From Tubiluchus corallicola (Eukaryota; Animalia; Priapulida), in contig JAQGDQ010000190.1 in NCBI GenBank assembly GCA_030141605.1, positions 124,001 to 188,000 on the forward strand: 64,000 nt of DNA, given 5' to 3'. Both the position numbers and the translations under genes were made by a program. Positions 24,701 through 37,998 of the stretch are shown here, in pieces. The notes under the pieces are model-generated. The model was given only the letters and a program-made list of their open reading frames with translations, had not been told where the DNA came from and made no database searches. Within the stretch, counting starts at the first letter, position 1. The number at the start of each line of letters is the position of its first letter.

Positions 24701-27700
24701 ACGCAAACACATTTCACTGAAAATAAAAGCATTACAAAATCACAACATTATAACAACAACGAAAAATATTCACTACTATTTACACTACCAAAATAAAACG
24801 TTCCTAAGACAAAGACACTTTCGAAAGACAGAAACTAAAAAGCTTTAATACCGTGCTGGTTCATCAGGTAAAGTCTCGATGGCTTTCTCATAGATTTCTC
24901 TTGTATGTGTGACACCATATATCTCAGCAGCTTTCCTGATGTAGATATTGAACATCTAAAAATGTTAGAAGTCAATCGTAGTGTACATAAAAATAAATTC
25001 TATAAAAGACTCAGTCACACAAACTACACAGTTTCATACATAGATGAACAAATTAATTACAAAAATAAGAAAAGAAATTCGGAAAACATCTGTATAAATC
25101 ACTTCTCCCAAAAGGGCACTCATTTAATAAAAAAACAAGTAAACTTTCTTAATGAATCACATGACAATGATGCACAGTGAGAAGTTGTATCAGACGGTTT
25201 AGTCTAGTGGTAATGCGTCTGCTTTCCGTCTGGGAGGTCGTGAGTTCGAACCAGCGGCCGGGTCATACCAAAGACTTTAAAAATGGTACCTGCTGTTCCC
25301 CTGCCTGACGTGTGGTATTTAGGGTAAAAGTGGGGTAATAACAGTGGGGTACTGTTATGTAGTTGTAGGTTGTTATTTACAGTCGGCGATAATAGCTCTT
25401 TGAGCTAATGTTAATTGTTGACCCAAAAGCAGACTTTAAATAAAGATTATTATTATTTTCAGTATTGCAGTGACAACTTCACAAATCAATAAACAAACCT
25501 CATATTGTTCTTCGGGTAATACACCCATAGTCGCTCTGTCATAAATTGCCATTGCATGTCTTGCCAGTCCATGATCCTCTTCTACTTTTGCATACAAAAG
25601 GAAAAGTTGTTTCGCAAACTTGGCAGGACATCCTTCCAAACATTGTTCGAACAGATCTCGCGTGCGCTCTAATTTTTTACCCGCCTTAGGGTAAAAAATA
25701 ATATTAAAAAGAAATTATTTATGTCATAGTGAACTCATTCGGTGATTACCATGAATACTTTCTGCAAATGATAACATTTCGCCAATGACATTGGGACAGT
25801 TCAGTGTAACTCGTTAAATATTATTTTCTTAGCTTGTTGTGCAAAATGAAATACAAACTATAGAAGTATTTCAGACCAAACTCAATTTTCTGAAAATAAT
25901 CTTTATTGCTAATTTCAAAACATTTGATTAGAATTATAAAACTCGAAAAGAGCACTTCATACTTACATATCGGTCGATAAATTTCGTGAGGTAAGTGTTC
26001 CATATATCAAAAACATTAGGCCACTTGAATAGAGCAATTCCTTTTTCATATGCCTGAAAGAACGAAACATTTCCACTAGAGATATAAACATACATCTTTA
26101 TACAAATTAGCAAGTACATACCTAAATATTCGTTCAATAATCAATCAATATAAGTCACTTAATTAATCAGCTTCTAAAATCAGTAAAATTACAACTCCAA
26201 TACAATGCTAATCCATCTTGTTCATCACATTCAAGATTTTTTGAGGCGCTAATCATTAAAGAACAATTACAGTGAACAGGAATTTAACTAGAGAATCCAT
26301 TCGATATCAAGTAAGAAAAAATAATTTCTCTTTCCACTGTAATTAAAAAATGCAGCACGTATAATCACCAGTCATTACTATAAAAAGAAAGTAATTCAAG
26401 CACTGGACAGTGGACAACAAGATACTATAGTTGCAACAAGTGGAGCATGTATTGAAGTTGGCTTCTCAATATCAAAGTTTAAAGTCAAACTAAACTCTTA
26501 CTATAATATAAGCTTTTGCAACCTAAACTCGTACTCCCATTATGAATATTCAATTTATTTTTTTATGAACTCCCTATAAATTGTTAGCAGTATTAAATTT
26601 GAAAAACCGTCATTTTCGTTCCGAGTGACGAACGACATAGTGAGTGCAGTCACGAGGTTACAAAAGATTGGTAAACAAACACCAGTAACCAAAGATGCTG
26701 TCTATACCTTGTATGTCATTCTCGCTCACTTGCGCCAAAGGTGCGAAACATGGCGATTCATATGGCAATGCATGCATTTGAAATTCGCCAGAAAAAGGTA
26801 AGTCATTTAATTTATGTTTCTTTTGTGTAAAAAAACTACGAATTATTTGTGTAATCATAATAATGGGTTTAAAAAATTTCACCAACAAACTTTTACCAAC
26901 CTTGAAGGCTTCTTCAAAATAATTGTTTTCCTCTAAGAACATTCCATAGTTTATGATGATCTGTGGAGTTGCAATCTTCAAATCAATTATTCTGTCATAG
27001 ACAGTTTTGCAAGTCTGAAAGTGATAAATTACAAAAACGAAAAAATTATAGTTTACGATATTGAGCATTTAATAATTTGCAGACAATAGTGCTTAGGCTA
27101 TGTAGTAATTTTTGCTGAACATAAAATACTATAATTGTTGGAATTTAGCTGATATTTAACTAAAATTATAGTCTACTTTAATGACACGGGAAATTAACAA
27201 CAGTAAAAGTGCAAAAGCATTAAAATGATGAATTTACATAATTAATAGATTTTGGTTGCATTCAATAGTGTCACACCATACAAAACGTTCACAAAAATTA
27301 CTATAATAAAGGGAAGTACAAGTTTGAAAATCAAAGGTTTCTTCTGTTCATACCTTAAAAGTACCAAAGCTTTCTTCCAAATCAGCGTACATGGACCAGA
27401 GTTTAAGTGACTTGTATAATCTGGCTTGTACGGTTTCATTCTGCAACACATAAAGTAATTGACATTTAAGTAATATCGGTCTAATCAACGACTGTTACTA
27501 AAAAATCTCTGTTGTTATTGGTTTAAACTAGTAATAAAATACAGAGCATTTGGAATAGAGGGTTTGGAATATTCAAGCTATGCTGAAATTGTGATGAGCA
27601 CATAAGCTGCAAAACTTGACCAGCATACAACTTGATAACGATGGACTAACTCTGATAATAATTAACTGGCATTGTAAATACGGCATGAATTGGAATGGTG

Positions 27701-30700
27701 TTTAAATTTGGCAATGGAGAAAATTAATAAACCTCCCAACAGTGGCTGACTAATTAAAAAATGATTTGCTGTTTGGAAAGATAATTTTGGTAAACTTCTC
27801 AAAGAGATGCGCTGTAGGCTAGCCAGTACAGAGCAGTAAATTAAGATAACAAACCAGTTCTGCTAAAAGGTATAAATAGAAAAAATGATAACAATTGGAA
27901 TAGTTAAGTGAAATTACCTCGTCAAAATAAGCTGCTCTCCGTGCTGGTAAAGCAGTGGCCCTTTGCATGAGTTTCAATGTTTCTTCATAATTTCTATACA
28001 AAAAAAAATGCAAAACGAATTACAAACTGAAATTTGACACACAAATCACAATTATTTCTTTAAGTAAACAATTACAAGGTACCTTTCAAGGGAAACTGCA
28101 CTAGAACAATGAATGGAGTGAATAGAGAGTACTGCTAATATGTGTAGCCAACTGCTGATCATTGCATGCAAAATTTATAGTTCATGAATTCTCCTAGGCA
28201 AACAGAGTTTTTAAATACAGAATGGATTCTAGCTATTTAATTAATATTGTTCAAAAATGCAATAGGCAATAAAAATTCTTTGCATTAGTCTGCCTAAAAG
28301 TTTTTGTTAGTGCATGTCAAGCTACAGTGTCGCCAGTGGGCCTGACTGCACTCCCTATTGTAGCAATAATGAACATGGAAAGAGCAGTTAACATACTCGT
28401 GTCTCACTTCCATCTCTGCATATTCGCACCAAACAGAAGCAAGTTCGTCAACTTTCTTGTACGGAACTTGAACAGCTTTTTGAAAAATTAACCTTGCCTA
28501 AAAAGAGCAAATAAAAATTATCAATTTCATCGTAAACAAGGCTGCACGATTTCACGGCAACATCAAACCAAACAAGTCAGTAAAGAACACTCATACACTA
28601 ACTTATACCCTTTTCACCTGTAAACGGTTTTGAAAATGTTTAAAAACGGTTTGAGTGTTCACACAGCAGCTCAAAAAATGTTTTGAAACTGGTCTGAGAG
28701 GTAGTTTGTAAAAATTCTCGAACTGTTTTGCATAAAAATCTTTTAAGCGATGTACCTCCGTTGGATATACAACTATCTGTCTATTGACCCCAGTCCAATG
28801 AACTGTTGAACACTCAAACTGTTTTGCCACGTGAAAAGTTTAACTTTAGTCTAAAAATATCAAATACAAACCAAAAAATACAATCAAAATTAGCAAAATT
28901 ACATTAGGCTAAAAGAATATGATAATTATTAAAAAGCAGCTTCAGAATTGAGAAATTTCTATTAAGCCTACTATTATCACTGCCGATTGGGCCTAAAAAT
29001 CATGTTTGTTTCCGATTTGTAGCCAGTTTACACTAAGGTAGGTAGGGATTTTACTTTTATTTTATTTTTTCATGTTTTGTTGTGTGACTACGTTGATGCA
29101 AATTAACCTATTGTTAATTACATGAAAGAGCTCAACATGTTCATTGAGCACAAAAGAGAGTTGCGACTATTACAGTCACTTGCATTACTATAAATCAAGC
29201 CAAAAAGGAATAATTAGTACACAGATGATACTAAAATACAGAGGTACGAAATGTCATTACAAAACAACAGATTAGAATTTAGATTGTCAAAATAAACTTA
29301 GGTGTAACCAGAAAAAGTTGCAGAAAAACATAAAGAATTTTACCTCATATATGAGATTCGGAAAGGATCATAACACAGTATACAAAAAAGTCTACATAAT
29401 GAAGAACTTAGTAGCAAACACTATAAGGATAAAATACAACTTACACATTTTGCACAATTTAAGTGCGCAACACAATACGAGAAACCAACAGCACATGAAA
29501 GTGAAACAGAGACTAAATTCACAAAGACCAGTGGGCAACCATTGGTCATTTTGTTTGTATAATAGAAGGGACTGTATAAAACGATAACTAAAAGTGAAAA
29601 AATAAGTTGAGTCGCACGTAAAATGATATAATTCGGTCGACAAATGGAAACAAACATTTTTTCTAGGCCTTGGATATATTACCTTACCTCATAAAACAAA
29701 AAAGTGCAACAACAATACAAACTAAGGAATCAAACATGTAAATGTAATGAAAGCACATTGTTACAAAGTTTATATACCTAAAATAACCTACATCATCTAG
29801 TTGTCCATTGGTTTCATAAAACTTAGCAAATTCCACCCACAATGTATAAAACTTGCCAGTTGCTATTTTTGGGTCAACCGTTTGCACAGCTTCAGTATAT
29901 GTATTTATAATCTGAAAGATAAAATGCGTATTAGTATCACTAATTAAATGCTGGAAAAATATTTTCACATTCTGTAAGATATGGAAGGATGAGTAAAAAG
30001 CTATAATTTTCAGTTGCTGTTATCACACAGGTATAGAAAAAAGAAACAAAAATGTTTTAGTTTACTTTATTTTAGTTTAGTTTTAATTGTTCTTTTAGTT
30101 TATACTGTGTTTTAGCTTTACTGTACAACTTTGATCTTATCCACAATTTTTATACATAATCATTGCTGATCTTTTGCAGTTTGATTTTTTCTTGTCTATT
30201 CACTATTTTTCAATTCTACAATTTTTAAAATAATACTTTTACATTATTTTGTAATTCATACAATAATTCATACCTACTAGTTTAGAAAATATTAACATCC
30301 ATAGCTTTTATCCCTGTTTCATTTATATTTTCTTAATTGATAATTAGTTGTCTGTGATTATAGTCAATGATTTTTACTACATTTAAGTTTTAACTTGAGC
30401 TTTATTGATTATTTGATTTATTATTGTAATCTTAGTTTAAAGTATAGTAATTTGCAGCATTTTTAATATTTTCTGTGCATTTCATTTTTTGTGATTTCAC
30501 ATTTATGGACCATAATGGAAATAACAAGTATGTATCATGCTTTTAATGTATGCAAGGAAAAAAAATTTCTATTCTATTTTATACTATTCTATTCTTTATT
30601 CAAAGTTAAGATCACGACTACAGCACTTAGCATTAAAGCTGTGCTTACGATTACCTTTTCTGGTAAAACTCACATTGGAAGACCACCTACAGAAGCAGTT

Positions 30701-33700
30701 CAGTTTGTCACACCGCAGAGATCTAACAAATTACACAAATACCAACATTATGAAGAGTAAAAATTATACCTCTCTAGGTTTGCCTTCGAAAAGTTTCACA
30801 CGTTTGTGCCATTCATGGACATTGTGAGGATTCTGACGCAGTAGAACACTGTTCAACAGCAACGGTCTCCTGTCCATCAAATCCTCAAATCTACTCATCC
30901 GCAGCTCCAAATCTAAATCATCTGCAGAAGATTAAAATTTAAATATCATAATATTCAATTCAATATATTTTCAAGCAGTGCGCGTCTACACAAAAGACAT
31001 CATATGTGTATTGATGAATACGGCGGAGCCTATGATGAACTGATCGAAAAGACAGCAATTTAAAGTTAATTTCTTTAAAAATATGGGAAGAAATATGAGT
31101 GATAGTTGGTTTCCATAATTAGTTAATTAAATTGCGATCGCGCCGGAAAGTTGAACAGCTGTAAGTTGCACAGGATGTAAGTCGACAGCTACCTGTAAAG
31201 CAAATTGCATGGAAGGGCAACAACAGACACTTTTTATTTTTACCTTCCTCGGTTGGACCAGTTTCAGTTGTAGCCTCCATTTTCGCAGATATTATGCTTT
31301 CCTCAAATTGTGCATACGCATCAAATACATGAGTGAAATCTCGTACCGTCATTACTGTTTGAACGGCTTCCTCATAAATATCTCTGGCCTACAAACAGAC
31401 ACAACGAAGATAAAAAAGAAAGGAAAAAATCCTTGCAAAATGTCACCACAAATTTACAAAAGTTTACAAATTTCTAAATCTCTATAATTGGACGATGCTG
31501 ACAATGTCACTATGGTGCTGGTAAATGTTTAATGAAGAAGAATTTTCTACATCCGTTCATTAGTTAAAATACCTGTACACAGCAATGCACAATCGATATC
31601 ATACCTTTTATAACCTGTAATCTGTTACATAACGTAGTCGGATCTGCCAATGCGTGTCATGCATATCTTAAGTTTATCACACGCACACATACACCAAATT
31701 TCAGTTCGCAAGCATTCCACAACTTCACACACAAGTTTGTAAATCACTTTTGTTTCTTTGGATGTAACCATCCACAACACAATTAGTAGTACTACTGTGA
31801 ATAATACCGGACGCAACTGACGCTATATATATGTATGATAATAAAAGGTGTTAAAATTGAAGATGAAGCATTTCTGTGTGCTACACAAATTTTTTTCACG
31901 TGTACAAAAGAACGCATTTATAAACAAAGCATAGCGAAGTGCAATAACAACATAATAAGTAGTACCCAAAAATTACCTAAATGTTTTGATAATTTTATTT
32001 TGATATCCAAAAAAGCAAAACTTGTTTATCCAGATTGACAGTGGATTGCACACCATTAAGGTTTTCAGTAATATAATAAAAGTTCATTTTTGCTTTTGTG
32101 CCTTTTTCATTAATGACTTTTCCTAAATAATCGAAAATCGATGATCAATTACAAACCTTTTCAAAATGTCCACTTCGAATGTAGTAATCTGCTAGCGAGC
32201 ACCAAAGTTTTCCCAACTGATCTGTAAACCTTCGCAAACCCTGGCGAATAATGGCCTCCACTTTCATCGACTTTATTTTATCCGGATTTTTACAGATCAA
32301 GTCACAGAATTCTTGCCACAACTAAAAAATGCAGTAAAAATGTTATGGACAGTGTTGCCAGACAATAATTTCTGGGGGTGCTGATACCTGACCACATTCA
32401 TGCAAGTAACTCAGTCAGTTTTTCGTACAGAATGCTGGGTGACAATATGCAAAATGCAAATTCGCCTATACGCCCTAAAACGGGTATCCCTATATTAAAC
32501 ACAATTACGGAAAACAGTTTAATATAAAAGATTATGCTTCTAAAGATTTGGCATTACAACAGTTTTGCTGTACTTCGCAATTAGAACATGGCTGAGTTGC
32601 AATGCAATTTTTAATTTTACATTAAATTTGAAATGGCTTTAACAAGGACTGTTATACAGTTATGTTAAAGTACTATATATATAGTACTTTATATATATAT
32701 ATATATATTTGTGTATTTATATATATATATATATATATAACAAGCAGTACATATATATGTACTGTTTGTTAAAGTCAACTTAAAGCGAAACTTGCTGAAA
32801 GATACACCAGGGTACGACTGAAAACTATCTTTATGGCTTCAAGTAAACCAGCCACCTAGCCATTTACTAACTACACTGTGTGTTGCTTTACTTTGTTTAA
32901 TAAATCCGAAACAATGGTTTCCATTTATTCAATTACAATTGTATATGTAATAGTCAGATATTCTGTTGGTATTGCCTACTAACTGACATACCATTTACAA
33001 TTTGCACTATTAATGTGTACTACATGTATGCAACAAATTACATAATAATGACACAAATTAGGTACATACCTGATGCTTAGATTTTCCTCCCTTTGAAACA
33101 AAATCATCATTGTTAACTACTGTACCTAGTCTACGAGCTGCTTCATCCAGTCTATCAATAGTCACCAGGTAATCTATATACTCTTCTACATTTTCAGGCT
33201 GAAGCTAGAAAAAAAAATTGCAAAAATTTCTATAGACTTTTTTGTTGTTAATGACAACACGAGGCAATAAATTATTAGCAAGAAATAGTTCTCATTTGCA
33301 ATGTTTTTACTTTTTTTAATTATAATAAGATTAATAACAAAATCGCTACACAAAATATCAAAATTACCTTTAGGTACCTCCTGTACACTCGAACTGCAGT
33401 TTCCTGTATGTCATGTGATCTGACAAACTTTAAATATAATGGCCAAATGCGGTGGTGTTGTGAGATTGGTAAAGCTCTTAATGATCGGTCAAAAACATTC
33501 CTGGTACGAGTGATTTTTTGCTGGTCCATTAGAAATTGGCAATAATCTAGCCATATGCGAGGCATCTAGAAGAGACAAAAGCATTTAATGACAATAGCTG
33601 GCAAACATGGTGAAATCAATAAATTTAAGGACATCGCACTTATTTCATAGTGATAATTGTTAGATGGTCCTCCAAAAACCAATGCTTTTGACAAATTTGA

Positions 33701-36700
33701 GAGGAATAAATTGAGCTGTGTTAGTAAACCAAAGGCGGAATAATTTTGTCTGCTTGTGTAAAAAAGAATAAACTTCTTAGGCATCTAATGCAAAAAAGAT
33801 GTTAAAGGCAATTCCCTGATAAGTCTTTAAAAAGACACGCACAAAATGTATATGTACTTTTGAGCTTATTGGCAGTTGCCAGCTAACATGTTATGATGAC
33901 CTGTTACCTATAAAATTAACAAAATCCTTTGTGTCAGTAATCTAAAATTATAATTAACTATTTAATATAATTACAGAAAGCCTACCGAAAAAATTAAATG
34001 CTTCAAATTACGTACTGTAATCTGCAGTTACATTACATACACAATAAACACTGTTTTGACTATGTTGACAATACTGACTATGTATTACTTTTACTACAAA
34101 AAACTTTAGAGTGCCAGGTTAATTATATCACAAGATACTTGCAATACAAACAAAATTTCTTTGTATAGGCAGAGTAAAACAGTTCTAGGTAAGTATACCT
34201 TGTGCATGAAGACCAGGGCTCTTTCAAATACATTGTTTAGATCTTCATAAGACGAATCAACTTCAAAACAGCAACCCTTAACCTGTTTTCTTCGTAGTTT
34301 CAGATAGTTGTACCAGAGCTTGTAGCTGAAAAAATAAAAACTGTAACTTACAATGTATGTTTCTTGAAGTATGAATAATTAAAACATAATTTCATCATAA
34401 CACTTATATAAGTTTAAGAACACTTCACTCATTACTAATTTATTTAAAAAATCTATATGCAGTGCAACATTGTTATACAGAACCTGTTAGAGACCCAGAA
34501 AAAACTACTTTATAAACTGAGGTACTCTACAAGCATACATGGCTAACAATATGTATATCAGCAGAGAACGCATATCTCAGTTTGCCGGACCTTGCTTTTA
34601 CGGGTATCAGAAGGATCAGACAAAATCTGGACCGTTAAAAAGTCCAGCATATTATGGACAGAGTCCGTTGTTTCGCGAGGTGATCGCTAGTTGGCGGGCT
34701 GTCACTTCTATTACATCAGTGTAACCAGGCAGCATGTAACGACGTGTGTAGCTTGCATGTCAGCGTGTTTAGTGGTTTAATCAGAGTCAATTATACAGTC
34801 AAAAATATAGGGTCAATTGCTGAAAGTTTTTATATACTTTTGCATAGGAGCAAAGTACTTTTTCAGACAATTAGGCGACTGATTTTACATTACCGTGAGT
34901 CTAATACAGGGTGCCTACTGTATTAGCTTAGTATCGGTAAATACGGAAAATTGGCAAATTCGGATCGACGCCTCTCCGCTTTTGTTCGGCAAACTGAGAT
35001 ACGAGTGTATATGACTACTAGATGGACAAGCACATATTAATAATAATTAGTGAATAATTAAAGTGTATAAATAACATACAACGTATGCTTCATAAAGGGT
35101 GTAAAGTACTTTTACAATATACTGTCAAGTATTAACTACTTTGTAGTATATTTAAATTCAATAAAATGTATTTGATGTGACTTCAATTAAATAAAATGAA
35201 CATTTTATTAAATTGTGCGTATATGTAATCTGTAGCACATGTTCAGTAAAGTCAACGAGATTCAAAAAGAAAATCCATTTTGTTTGCACAAAATTTCTGT
35301 TTGTCCGTTGTATAAATTTTTTTGCAACAAGGTAATTGCAGTAGTATTTATCATTTGATGAAACATCTCAGCAGTGCACTGCCAGTGTACGTTCGTGAAA
35401 TAGCTGGGTGACATGCTGCTGAGTGACTTATTGTTTGAAAATGACCTTTCAACACAACATGGACATGACAATTCCGCGTGCTGCCTACCCAACAACTTTT
35501 TTGCAGCTCCAGGAATGGCAGGTCAAATTTAACTATAAATTAATTTAGAAAGGACTGACAAATGCTAGGTGTGCAATAAACACTTATAAATGCATAGTAA
35601 TGCAGACAATGAGGCCCGACAAAAAGTCTGTAATATGCAATAATCGAGTACAGTCAGTACACTGTATTTAAAGCTATTAGACTAAAACCTTGTTCGCTGT
35701 AATGGTATCATACTGCAATTACAAAGTTTAGATAACAACAGGTTCAAAAGTTCAAATTTATGAGTATGAAAGTATTAAGAAAACTGATGCACATTTGTAA
35801 AGTGGATTGACATTAGTTAATTGAAAAAAGATGTTTAGCAGGCTTTGCTTTCACTATTCCAAAAAATGAAGTCAAATAATAAGAAAAATCACTTGCAAAG
35901 AAAAGAAATTAAAATTGAAAACTGAATGATAAACAGAACGTTGTGTAAAACCAGCCAAGTGGACGAAATTCCTAAAGTTTTGAATGACTTTGGTTTAGGC
36001 GACACATAGTGATAACATCAAAAGGACTTACACATTCATCAGTAAACTATAGATTTTCATTAAAATTAGTTAATCAGGCATGCGACGGAATTTTTAAAAT
36101 GGAATAAGGTTGAACTATGGAGCAAAAAGAAAAGAAGGGTGTAATGACCCTGACAGGTGGGACACCTGAATAATTTGTTGCAAGAGGCTGCAGATAACCA
36201 GTAAATAAGCATATTTTATGTCAACTGTATTACACACAACGAGCATACTAGGACTCATTAAACTGACAAAAAATTTTATATTATAGCTAAAAACAGTGCT
36301 ACTTAAAACTAAGTGCTTTAGAGAACAGTGACCTAACTTTGCAGTAAGGAAGAGCATAATTATAGTACCTTCCAGGTAATTCCTTAAGCGCTCGCTCATA
36401 GATGAGATTTAAGACATGTTTATTAGCATCCTTTTTATGATCCAGGTACCTTAGCCAGCATTTTACTGAGAATGGGTTTCTGAGAATTTCCTCTTCATAT
36501 GGTAAGTCTTCTTCTTCCTAAATAGACATAGAATTTTCTAAAAATTTAATAGTTTTGTTTTCACTAATGTAAAAGCTCGATGTTATAGCAAAAGTATACC
36601 TAGTTTATAGGTAGAGAATTTTGGTACAAAGGTGAGACTGCACTGATTTGATTTGGCAGTTGACTTGGCGATTTTTGGTTCTCTCGCTAGAAAGTCTCTT

Positions 36701-37022
36701 TTTATATGTTATCATATAATATATATACTATATCATTTTATTTGTACTTTGTTTGCAATATAAGAATACAAATAAATAAATATCTTAATCCATTCTTATT
36801 CTACGTGAAGCAAAAGTGAACAAAGCCGTCAAACCTGAAATAAATGAAAACACATTTAAAAGTTACTGTGCTGAACTGAATTTTGCAAATCCACTGGATG
36901 AAGTGCGTTTTAGCGCTGATATTTTAGATAGACGTATTTTAATAAGTTCAAACCGCGGAAAATTAAGATGTTAAAAAATCACTCACAAAAATGATATCTT
37001 TATCTATCTTTGAAACTGGCAT
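21780..37022 (-). CDS. XAB2: Pre-mRNA splicing factor SYF1 / XAB2 (HAT/TPR repeats), complete, 21 exons, 857 aa
   Basis: Exons: 37022-36987 ([12 protein letters not shown]), 36517-36369 ([24 protein letters not shown]), 34325-34199, 33565-33368 ([12 protein letters not shown]), 33204-33070, 32321-32157, 31388-31244, 30921-30770 ([22 protein letters not shown]), 29911-29792, 28497-28397, 27993-27918, 27440-27354, 27014-26901 ([16 protein letters not shown]), 26053-25967, 25684-25499, 24955-24852, 24716-24617, 24365-24203 ([27 protein letters not shown]), 22960-22828, 22506-22394 ([10 protein letters not shown]), 21862-21780 (VPQAVFGGL...TAA). Total 2574 nt, frame intact. Confidence 0.97.
23372..23500 (+). 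mobile_element. Non-LTR retrotransposon 3' tail (stem-loop + AATAAA + (CTATGT)n)
   Basis: agggcagga...tgaccctatggtcc...tccctgccct hairpin, AT-rich spacer, then aataaatgttctatgtctatgtc. Confidence 0.5.
25192..25430 (+). mobile_element. tRNA-derived SINE (MetaSINE-like) in XAB2 intron
   Basis: Pol III A box TAGTCTAGTGG and B box GAGTTCGAACC, no intact cloverleaf. Followed by ccgggtcataccaaagactttaaaaatggtacctgctg, which resembles the Meta central domain (from recall). Confidence 0.7.
28610..28838. mobile_element. MITE-like inverted-repeat element
   Basis: cttttcac...aaaacggtttgagtgttca on the left pairs with tgaacactcaaactgttttgccacgtgaaaag on the right. Confidence 0.5.
28990..29669. mobile_element. 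Non-autonomous DNA transposon with GG termini and 3-bp TSD (Zator-like), 680 bp
   Basis: Left TIR GGCCTAAAAATCATGTTTGTTTCCGATTTG; right end reads GGCCTAGAAAAAATGTTTGTTTCCATTTG in reverse complement. TTG duplicated at 28987-28989 and 29670-29672. Superfamily is inference. Confidence 0.7.
34567..35007. mobile_element. Non-autonomous DNA transposon in XAB2 intron 2
   Basis: 15-bp perfect TIR core TATCTCAGTTTGCCG (34573-34587) / CGGCAAACTGAGATA (34987-35001). Right terminus reads CACTCG in reverse complement. Superfamily uncertain. Confidence 0.65.
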
Positions 37023-37450
37023 CCTTGGAAATTGGTGTCTGGAATGAAATTTAACTAAAGATACAAAATGAAAAAAGACGACATCACTGCAGACAAACAG
37101 AAATGCCAAAATAAAACTGCCTTCAAGACAGGTAAACACAGCAGTAATTCAGCAAAAAATTAGACACAGCTGTGCCAGTGACTTCTCAGAACCACTTTAA
37201 AACTAAAAAACGGCAACTGAACGCAAAATCACAAACACAAATTTGTGTTCAGCAAGAGCGGCATTCTTCCAAAATCATAACTTTCCTGCGGCTATTCATT
37301 TAAACTTAGCTATGATTTTGTGTCCGACTATCGAGCAACTGAGGGAAAGGATCCATGCGAGGAAATTTATTTTACATCGATCTGCTAGGTGTAAGGCAGT
37401 ACGGAAACATCCATATATATATATATTTATAGGAGATGCTCAACTCAACT

Positions 37451-37573
37451 CAACGAAGGGCTACCAAGCTGGTTCCATTATTCAGTGACTTGAATTATAC
37501 AGAAAGACTAAGAAAATTAAACATCCCATCTTTACAATACAGACGCCAACGAAGTGACAACATTTACATATTC
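37451..37573 (+). mobile_element. CR1-clade LINE ORF2 remnant
   Basis: Translates QRRATKLVPLFSDLNYTERLRKLNIPSLQYRRQRSDNIYIF, the typical CR1 C-terminal motif (VQRRATK...LSYEERL..L.L.SL..RR.RGD). Confidence 0.85.
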
Positions 37574-37746
37574 TAGGTGTGGTCTAATAAGAGTTTGATT
37601 ATCTGAACAATCATTTCATTGTTTATGTATGCAAATGTATTTTTGAGGGCTCCAAGGAATTTGGATATACGAAGAATAATTTATATATGGATAAGGAAAT
37701 ATATGGTAACGTTCAGTAGAGAAGCTATCATGCCATCAATATGACA

Positions 37747-37998
37747 ATATTTAGTGTGGAAGCCTCACACGTCACAGTCAAATACAATGTGTAACCTCGA
37801 TGTATATGACCAGAGACTCGAGATCAGTGTCGATGTCATTCTCATATCTTGCAAACATCTTATAGGCAGCTTGTCTTATGAATTTCGATGAATGCAATGT
37901 ATTTCGAGTATTTTAGCCTCCGCTCTGCCTTTCAGGACAGCTCCAATGTGTTCAGCAAGAGTGAGATCTGGTGAATTTCCAAGCCACTCAGTTCGACC
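37747..37998 (-). mobile_element. Tc1/mariner transposase C-terminal remnant
   Basis: GRTEWLGNSPDLTLAEHIGAVLKGRAE (the WPxNSPDLNPIE motif), then SLWSYTSRLHIVFDCDV*GFHTKY (cf. S.P.RL.AVI...GGHTKY); interrupted by stops. Confidence 0.8.

Noticed and set aside
25192-25262. Possible tRNA gene
   Set aside because: Anticodon and acceptor stems do not pair and the sequence continues into a SINE body.
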